Shown here: positions 26,057 through 32,000 of the stretch, one piece after another | Position numbering within the stretch: the first letter of the stretch is position 1 | Layout of the letters: every line of letters starts with the position of its first letter | Assembly (NCBI RefSeq): GCF_000014265.1 | Contig: NC_008312.1 | Coordinates: forward strand, 4,800,001 to 4,832,000 | DNA length: 32,000 nucleotides | Direction: 5' to 3' | From: Trichodesmium erythraeum IMS101 | Lineage (GTDB): Bacteria > Cyanobacteriota > Cyanobacteriia > Cyanobacteriales > Microcoleaceae | Position numbers and translations under genes: made by a program | Notes under the pieces: generated by a model | What the model was told of the DNA's origin: nothing | The model's input: only the letters and a program-made list of their open reading frames with translations | Databases searched by the model: none

Positions 26057-26836
26057 TCATTTCATATCTCCACGAAATACAGTTGATTTTTTACTAAAAG
26101 ATTCTCCAATTAGTTTGTAAACTTCTCTTAAATCTTCAGTTGTAAATGACTTAATTAACTTTTCGGCTGCCTTCTTAGGATTCTTAGCAACTACTATCCA
26201 TAATTCTTTATTTAATTGACCTTCTGGTTGTTGTTCCAACCAATTTTTTACTGCAGTTTTTCCTGATTCAGTAATTTGATAAAAACCTCTTCCGCCACTT
26301 TTTGATTGTTCCAACCATCCCAAATGTTCCCATCGTTTTCTCCATAGTTGAGCAGTACTATGAGCATAATCTAATATTTCTCCTATTTTAGATGCGTTTA
26401 AAACTTGATTTTCTGGACAAGCTTCCACAAGTTTAGAAAACTTATGAAAATAATTTGATGGATTTCCTAAATCTTTAAGTGGATCTTCTAAAATGTCAAC
26501 TTTTTTGATTTCAGTTGATTCTAGTTCAGTAATTAATTCCTCAATTTCTTTTGGTTCACAACCTAATCCATATGGCGGTTGAGCATGACATAATTCTTCA
26601 TAATTATTAAATGGCTTTCCTTCCTCATCAAGTAATTGCTGATAAGCTGCTGGTTGTTTTATTAATTCACGCCATGCTTTTAATTGTTCTGCATTAGCAA
26701 CGATACTTTTTTTGAGAACAGATTGTAATTTTAACTTAATTGCAAGTGCCCATTGTGGTGTTCCAGGAGTTGTGGTAATTCCTCCTGTTTTCCCTAAAGT
26801 TTCATAATCCATTTTTCCCTGCATAGCAAAGGACAT
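26057..26836 (-). CDS. hypothetical protein with a C-terminal winged-helix-like DNA-binding region
   Basis: 259 aa. STAQLWRKRWEHLGWLEQSKSGGRGFYQITESGKTAVKNWL resembles a wHTH (helix, then a G-rich wing, then TE.G). No SD is obvious, and the start could be at an internal Met (M5 or M9). Confidence 0.6.
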   Translation of the reverse strand: MSFAMQGKMDYETLGKTGGITTTPGTPQWALAIKLKLQSVLKKSIVANAEQLKAWRELIKQPAAYQQLLDEEGKPFNNYEELCHAQPPYGLGCEPKEIEELITELESTEIKKVDILEDPLKDLGNPSNYFHKFSKLVEACPENQVLNASKIGEILDYAHSTAQLWRKRWEHLGWLEQSKSGGRGFYQITESGKTAVKNWLEQQPEGQLNKELWIVVAKNPKKAAEKLIKSFTTEDLREVYKLIGESFSKKSTVFRGDMK

Positions 26837-26926
26837 TTTATTCTAGGTTATCTAAGATAATTTTTGAGTTTCCAAGGATTTTATTTTTTGCTAGCTCATA
26901 CTTTAATAGGTATATTTTTAGCTATT

Positions 26927-26969
26927 AATTTTTTCCTATATTTCCTAATTTTTTCCTAGAATATGAGCT
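26927..26969. promoter_or_regulatory. phased direct repeats flanked by an 8-bp inverted repeat, upstream of the 259-aa gene
   Basis: aattttttccta occurs at 26927-26938 and 26947-26958 (20-bp period), with a third tttcct at 26941-26946. The repeats are flanked by agctcata (26893-26900) and tatgagct (26962-26969). Confidence 0.3.
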
Positions 26970-27148
26970 GAAACAAAATTTTTACTAGCAAGTATTTTAC
27001 CTAACAATAGAATTTGTTGGCTTCTTTATACTAACTATTTGTATATTTTCTATTTTAACTAAAGCTTCAAGAAGCTTAATACTATAGCCTATGAGAATTG
27101 CATAAGATAAATCTAACGTCAATTAGTGGGGCATTGAATCCTATTAAT

Positions 27149-27316
27149 TTATAAATATTGCTTTTTGCATTCTTGGCAAAAGTTGATGTTATCATAACTG
27201 TAATCAAGCAAATATTTCCCAAAATGCACTCTTATTACTTCCCTAGGGTATTGTATTCTTAAAGCTCGTGGAGTCCGACAGGATAAGGAAGCTATCTGAG
27301 CAGAAGTCCACACCAT
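27149..27316 (-). CDS. possible small HTH (excisionase/AlpA-like) protein, 55 aa
   Basis: MVWTSAQIASLSCRTPRALRIQYPREVIRVHFGKYLLDYSYDNINFCQECKKQYL. The WTSAQIASL..RTPRALR....IRVHFGKY pattern resembles the HTH_17 layout. No SD sequence. Below the ORF-track cutoff. Confidence 0.25.
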   Translation of the reverse strand: MVWTSAQIASLSCRTPRALRIQYPREVIRVHFGKYLLDYSYDNINFCQECKKQYL

Positions 27317-27851
27317 AAGTGTAAAGTTTGTTCGGTGTGGATTTAAAATTCATGATTAACAAAGTTAAATACTGGTCTGTCAAGATTGATTTTATCCCCC
27401 TTATCTACTTTTTCTCCTTGTCTTCTCCATTTAGTTTTAACCCATCATTTGAAAATTTACAAACCACTATCTGTATGTTAAAGAAAAAATTACAGGTTGA
27501 TAAAATTAGAAAAGCCAGTAAATTAGTACTTTGATAGTTGATTAGGCCCTAAATTAAAGATTGACAGACCAAAACTCCGGGGACAAATATATTATCTTTG
27601 CCACCAGAAAAGCTAATTAAAAAAAGGCAGATTCAATACTTGGCTTACCCATCTTGTCAATAAACTGAGAAAATTATTAATAAACAAGGTTTTATGGCGT
27701 TTGTTAATAATAGACTTTCCACTTCTAGTATTTCTAAAAGCTTGAAAAACACTATATATATGAATCAGTAAATCAAAGATGGGTTGGGCCTGATAGCCCT
27801 GGGAAGTGAGCTTTTCTTGATTAATACACTCCTATAATCATATCTACCTAC

Positions 27852-28892
27852 CTAAATTCTTTGTAAAATTAACTCTTTTCCTAACTTTATCGCTGCTTTC
27901 ATACTCGTAGCATCAGCAATACCTCGACCCGCTATATCAAATGCTGTACCATGATCAGGAGAAGTCCTAACAAATGGTAAACCAATAGTAGTATTAACAG
28001 CTAAATCAAATGCCATTAGTTTTATTGGAATTAAACCTTGATCATGATAAAGTGCCAAATAAGCATCGCAAGTCAATGCTTCTAAACCTCGCCAAGCAAG
28101 ACCCGGTTTAACCCAAATGGTATCCGGTGGCACAGGTCCATACAATTGTATATCTGGTTGGCGATCGCTTTCTTTCTCTAACCAAGGAATTAACCAATCT
28201 TCTTCTTCTGTTCCTAATTGTCCATTTTCTCCACTGTGAGGATTTAAACCGGCAACAGCAATTTTTGGTTTAGAAATACCAAAATCCTTTTGTAAACTTT
28301 CCACCAATAATTCTAATTTCCAACTCATTAACTCTGGTGTTAGAGCTGCTGGTACTTGACTTAATGGTATATGTGTGGTAGCTAAAAGAGAACGAAGTAC
28401 AAAATTACTGTGGGGTGAGTGGGCAACAAATAACATTCCAAAATTTTTTACTCCTGCAATTTCGGCTAAAAGTTCTGTTTGACCAGGATATTTATGACCA
28501 GCCATCTGCCAGCAGGTTTTGGAAATAGGAGCAGTGACAATACCTTGAAACTCTCCAGCTAAAGTTTGGGCGATCGCGGTTTCTATGTAACAAAAACTAG
28601 CTTCCCCACTCACAGCATTACCTTTCCCCAGAGAAATATCTTCTAAATTTCCATCAAACTCTACATCTAAAATTTTCAAATTTTCCCAATAGACAAGTTT
28701 TTCCAGAGATAGTTGTTGGTAAGTTTCTTGCAAAATTTGACGACTCCCAACTATTGTCAAATCACAATTTTCTCTCACCTTCGGATCTGCTAAAGCTTTC
28801 AGAACTATTTCTGGTCCTATACCTGTAGGATCTCCAATAGTTATTGCTAAACGAGGAATTGGACTTTTTATTTCACTCACGGCTGTCTTCAT
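27852..28892 (-). CDS. pdxA: 4-hydroxythreonine-4-phosphate dehydrogenase
   Basis: [23 protein letters not shown] and [19 protein letters not shown] are motifs typical of PdxA. Confidence 0.9.
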   Translation of the reverse strand: MKTAVSEIKSPIPRLAITIGDPTGIGPEIVLKALADPKVRENCDLTIVGSRQILQETYQQLSLEKLVYWENLKILDVEFDGNLEDISLGKGNAVSGEASFCYIETAIAQTLAGEFQGIVTAPISKTCWQMAGHKYPGQTELLAEIAGVKNFGMLFVAHSPHSNFVLRSLLATTHIPLSQVPAALTPELMSWKLELLVESLQKDFGISKPKIAVAGLNPHSGENGQLGTEEEDWLIPWLEKESDRQPDIQLYGPVPPDTIWVKPGLAWRGLEALTCDAYLALYHDQGLIPIKLMAFDLAVNTTIGLPFVRTSPDHGTAFDIAGRGIADATSMKAAIKLGKELILQRI

Positions 28893-29123
28893 AATGGCTT
28901 AAAATACATATACACTTTGTATAGGAGTATTTTAAGAATATGAGTGGTGAGATTTTCAATGCAGCAATTTTGTCTTTTTCTGTAATCTTAATTGGTTTAG
29001 CAGGAGGCTTCCTCTTACTTAAATTACAAGGAGGCGAATAGTTATAGCAGTCTAAGCAAAGATAAGCAACATTACTAAATACTAAAACCAAGTCATATAT
29101 AACTCCTGACTTATTGTGGGGAG

Positions 29124-29151
29124 TTATGAGTTATGACTTATGACTTATAAC
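29124..29151. repeat. short tandem heptanucleotide repeat (STRR-like), ttatgag ttatgac ttatgac ttataac
   Basis: Four imperfect 7-bp units in the divergent pdxA/ycf39 spacer, preceded by an 8-bp-stem hairpin, ataactcc (29099-29106) / ggagttat (29120-29127). Confidence 0.5.
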
Positions 29152-29514
29152 TTGCGCGTAGAGCTATAACTTTCTGCTTTAAGATATAGCACTACGCATT
29201 TAAGGCGTAGATATTGCTAAATGCTGTTTTGCTACACAATAAATATACTTGCAGAGCATTCCATGGAGAAAAACTCATTTCAATATTACTCCCAACTTGG
29301 GCATGGGCATAGCTCTATACTTAGCAATATTTTCTTTTTTTATCCTGTGTATAAGCCTAACTATAGTATCATAGTATCCTTAATAATAAGAAATAAAGTG
29401 ATCAATTGATCAATCCAAATATTACTATTACTGCAAAATATTAAGTTTTGTAAAAAAATGAGATAAACTTGCTAAAGTGATGAATGAATATTTAATATAA
29501 TTAACACAACTTTT

Positions 29515-30492
29515 ATGAAACTATTAATTTTAGGTTCTACTGGTACTCTGGGTAGACAAATAGTACGTCATGCCCTCGATGAAGGTTATGAAGTACGCTG
29601 TGTAATCAGAAGTTATAGTAAAGCATCCTTCTTAAAAGAGTGGGGAGCCGAACTAGTAGGGGGAAATCTCTGTAAACCTAAAACTCTAATACCCGCTTTA
29701 GAAGGAATTGATGCAGTTATAGATGCTGCAACGGCAAGAGCAACAGACGCTCTAAGTATCAAACAGGTAGACTGGGAAGGAAAAGTATCACTAATTCAAA
29801 CTCTAGTAGCTCAAGGTATAGAACGTTTCATATTTTTCTCCTTTTTAAATGCAGAAAAATACTCCCAAGTTCCTCTTTTAGAAATTAAGCGGTGTACAGA
29901 ACTTTTTATTGCTGAATCTGGGTTAAAGTACACAATATTGAAACCCTGTGGCTTTTTACAAGGATTAATAGGTCAATATGCAGTACCAATTTTAGATAAG
30001 CAAGCAGTATGGGTACCTGGTCTTGGGTCAGCCATTGCATATATGGATACTCAAGATATAGCAAAATTTGCTGTGGGCGCTCTTTCAGTTCCTGAAACAG
30101 AAAATAAGAGCTTTCCAGTAGTAGGTCCTCGTGCTTGGGATGCCAATGAAATTATTCGGATGTGTGAACGACTTTCCGGTGAAAAGGCCAAAGTAACTCG
30201 CACTAATATTAACCTATTGCGCATATTCCGTCAGTTTACTAGGTCATTTCAATGGGGTTGGAATGTGGCAGATAGGCTAGCTTTTGCAGAAGTATTAGCC
30301 AGCGGTCAGCCAATAATTGCTCCTATGGATGATGTATATTCTTTATTTGGTATTAATCCTCAAGAAATAACCACCCTAGAGTCTTATTTGCAAGAGTATT
30401 ATAGTCGAATTATGAAAAAACTGAAGGAAATAGAATACGAACAAGCAAAACTAGGAAAAACAACTTCTAAAAATAAACCTTTCTTTTTCTAG
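29515..30492 (+). CDS. ycf39: NmrA-like NAD(P)-binding protein, Ycf39 homologue
   Basis: N-terminal Rossmann motif ILGSTGTLGRQIVRHALDEGYEVRCVIRS, with overall length and layout typical of cyanobacterial and plastid Ycf39. Confidence 0.8.
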   Translation: MKLLILGSTGTLGRQIVRHALDEGYEVRCVIRSYSKASFLKEWGAELVGGNLCKPKTLIPALEGIDAVIDAATARATDALSIKQVDWEGKVSLIQTLVAQGIERFIFFSFLNAEKYSQVPLLEIKRCTELFIAESGLKYTILKPCGFLQGLIGQYAVPILDKQAVWVPGLGSAIAYMDTQDIAKFAVGALSVPETENKSFPVVGPRAWDANEIIRMCERLSGEKAKVTRTNINLLRIFRQFTRSFQWGWNVADRLAFAEVLASGQPIIAPMDDVYSLFGINPQEITTLESYLQEYYSRIMKKLKEIEYEQAKLGKTTSKNKPFFF

Positions 30493-30519
30493 AGCTTCTA
30501 ACTACCCTGAACTAGATTT

Positions 30520-31443
30520 TTGCGAGTGTCTAAAATAGGAATTATTTATAACGATGCTAAACCTATAGCTTGTCGCATAACTAATGAATTGAAAGACAAG
30601 CTGAAGGCTTATGGCTATGATGTTCATCTCGTCATTGGGGCCGAGGGAATTTTAGGTTATCCTAATCTAGAACGCCCTGTATGCCATACTCCTATAGACC
30701 AGCTAGTTCCCTCTGGTTTTACAAAAGATATGAAATTTGCCATTGTTTTAGGAGGAGATGGTACTGTTCTATCCGCATTTCGTCAAGCTGCACCCTCCCA
30801 GATTCCACTATTAACTGTCAATACAGGCCACATGGGTTTCTTAACTGAAACTTTTGTCAATCATTTGTACCCAGCTATTGAACAGATTCTAGCAGGAAAC
30901 TATGAAATAGAAGAGCGGACTATGCTAGAAGTACGTCTGTTCCGAAATGATAAGTTATTCTGGGAAGCTCTCTGCTTAAATGAAATGGTTTTGCATCGGG
31001 AACCGATGACTTGTATGTGCCATTTTGAAATTAAAATTGGTAAACACGCTCCCATAGATATTGCTGCTGATGGTATTATTATATCTACTCCCACTGGTTC
31101 TACTGCTTATTCTTTATCCGCAGGTGGCCCTGTTATCACTCCAGGAGTTCCAGTTTTAGAGCTCTCACCTATTTGTCCCCATTCTCTTGCATCCCGCGCT
31201 TTAGTTTTTGCTGATACTGAACCTATAACTGTTTTGCCAGCAGGTCCAAATCGTCTAATGATGGTTGTAGATGGTAATGGAGGATGTTATGTTCTTCCAG
31301 AGGATAGTATACAAGTCAAACAATCTCAGTATAAAGCACGTTTTATTCGACTTAAAACACCGGAGTTTTTTCACATTCTTCGGGAGAAATTGGGGTGGGG
31401 ACTACCACATATTGCCAAGCCAACTTCTGTGGAACTGCCATGA
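30520..31443 (+). CDS. nadK: NAD(+) kinase
   Basis: GGDGTVL, NEMV and [22 protein letters not shown] motifs. The track start is TTG 30520; GTG 30526 is an alternative. Confidence 0.9.
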   Translation: MRVSKIGIIYNDAKPIACRITNELKDKLKAYGYDVHLVIGAEGILGYPNLERPVCHTPIDQLVPSGFTKDMKFAIVLGGDGTVLSAFRQAAPSQIPLLTVNTGHMGFLTETFVNHLYPAIEQILAGNYEIEERTMLEVRLFRNDKLFWEALCLNEMVLHREPMTCMCHFEIKIGKHAPIDIAADGIIISTPTGSTAYSLSAGGPVITPGVPVLELSPICPHSLASRALVFADTEPITVLPAGPNRLMMVVDGNGGCYVLPEDSIQVKQSQYKARFIRLKTPEFFHILREKLGWGLPHIAKPTSVELP

Positions 31444-31665
31444 TATTCTCCTGCTATTAGAATAACGAAATGCTAACTGGAGTCTGTGGACTTATACCTT
31501 AAAGTGAAGCTTTCAACCCGATTTTTTGGTCAATATAGTATTTGAATCTGCTATTTGCTAGTTTTTATTCTTGTTCTCATTTTTTGTAACAATTCTCAGT
31601 GCTAGACTAACTCTGATGTTTTAAAAAAATCAGGATTATATTAAGTGATGTAAATCTAATATTCA

Positions 31666-32000
31666 ATGAGTCTTAGTATGAGTACCCTAACTGTTGACCA
31701 AAATCTTTCTGTCTTAATAATAGAGACTGATGAAACTTTAGCCCAATATGTGAGTCTAGACCTACAAGAGTCAGGTTACAATCCAATTGTTGCTAATAAC
31801 TCTAGTAATGGTTTTCATAGAGCTATGGAGCTTCAACCTGCTTTGATCGTGATTGATCGAATGTTGGCTGGTGAATCTGGACTATCATTATGCAGTAATC
31901 TGAGGAAAATGGGTAACAAAAAGCCCCTGCTACTTTTGATGGCTAGTGATCAGGTAGAAGATCGAGTGGCTTGTCTAGAGTCTGGAGCTGACGATTATTT
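31666..32000 (+). CDS. response regulator receiver domain (OmpR-type, possibly NblR-like), 3'-truncated by the window end
   Basis: The ATG at 31666 opens a frame that runs to the window end: MSLSMSTLTVDQNLSVLIIETDETLAQYVSLDLQESGYNPIVANN...ALIVIDRMLAGESGLSLC...LLLLMASDQVEDRVACLESGADDY. The acidic pocket, phospho-acceptor Asp and the end of the receiver are visible. Confidence 0.75.
   Translation, partial: MSLSMSTLTVDQNLSVLIIETDETLAQYVSLDLQESGYNPIVANNSSNGFHRAMELQPALIVIDRMLAGESGLSLCSNLRKMGNKKPLLLLMASDQVEDRVACLESGADDY

Noticed and set aside
27328-27534. Plus-strand ORFs 27328-27534 and 29221-29409, and minus-strand ORF 28873-29091
   Set aside because: These are low-complexity translations in AT-rich spacers with no RBS or motifs. 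28873-29091 would read through the pdxA start region.
1-32000. CRISPR arrays, rRNA, retron or DGR components, intact integrase or transposase
   Set aside because: No regularly spaced direct repeats of 25-40 bp, no reverse-transcriptase motifs, and no intact DDE or tyrosine recombinase ORF were seen.

Overview
This is an AT-rich chromosomal window from a cyanobacterium. Evidence: 11 perfect HIP1 octamers (GCGATCGC), a ycf39-like gene, a CyaC-type cyclase, and low coding density with kb-scale AT-rich spacers, as reported for Trichodesmium-like filamentous genomes (the taxon is inference). All calls come from reading the supplied ORF translations and the DNA by eye; no searches were run.

Clear housekeeping or signalling genes:
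- a DUF1295-like membrane protein
- tRNA-Gly(UCC)
- a 1172-aa REC-GAF-GAF-HisKA/HATPase-REC-cyclase protein (CyaC-like)
- a GNAT acetyltransferase
- a prolyl oligopeptidase
- pdxA
- a ycf39-like NmrA-family protein
- NAD kinase
- the 5' part of an OmpR-type response regulator

Two accessory regions stand out.

(A) 2150-11034 is a tightly packed, co-directional (minus strand) nine-gene cluster. It encodes a 109-aa protein, an unannotated 39-aa protein, an AAA+ ATPase with a degenerate N-terminal AAA-like domain plus a ClpB-D2-type module, a Hanks Ser/Thr kinase, two paralogous membrane proteins (one extended by TPR repeats and an SH3b domain), a vWA protein, an FHA protein and a PP2C phosphatase. 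It is bracketed by a decayed IS5-family element on one side. On the other side are IS1-like, IS630-like and TPR gene remnants next to the 3' end of tRNA-Gly.

(B) 23098-27316 is a very AT-rich, HIP1-free islet between the oligopeptidase gene and pdxA. It carries a translationally coupled pair: a 191-aa wHTH-like protein and a 600-aa P-loop NTPase + PD-(D/E)xK-like nuclease motif + ComEA-like helix-hairpin-helix fusion. It also carries another wHTH-like protein and a possible small excisionase-like ORF.

The junction between islet (B) and the oligopeptidase gene carries a ~650-bp tandem duplication whose two redundant middle parts have decayed. No CRISPR array, rRNA, integrase or intact transposase was seen.
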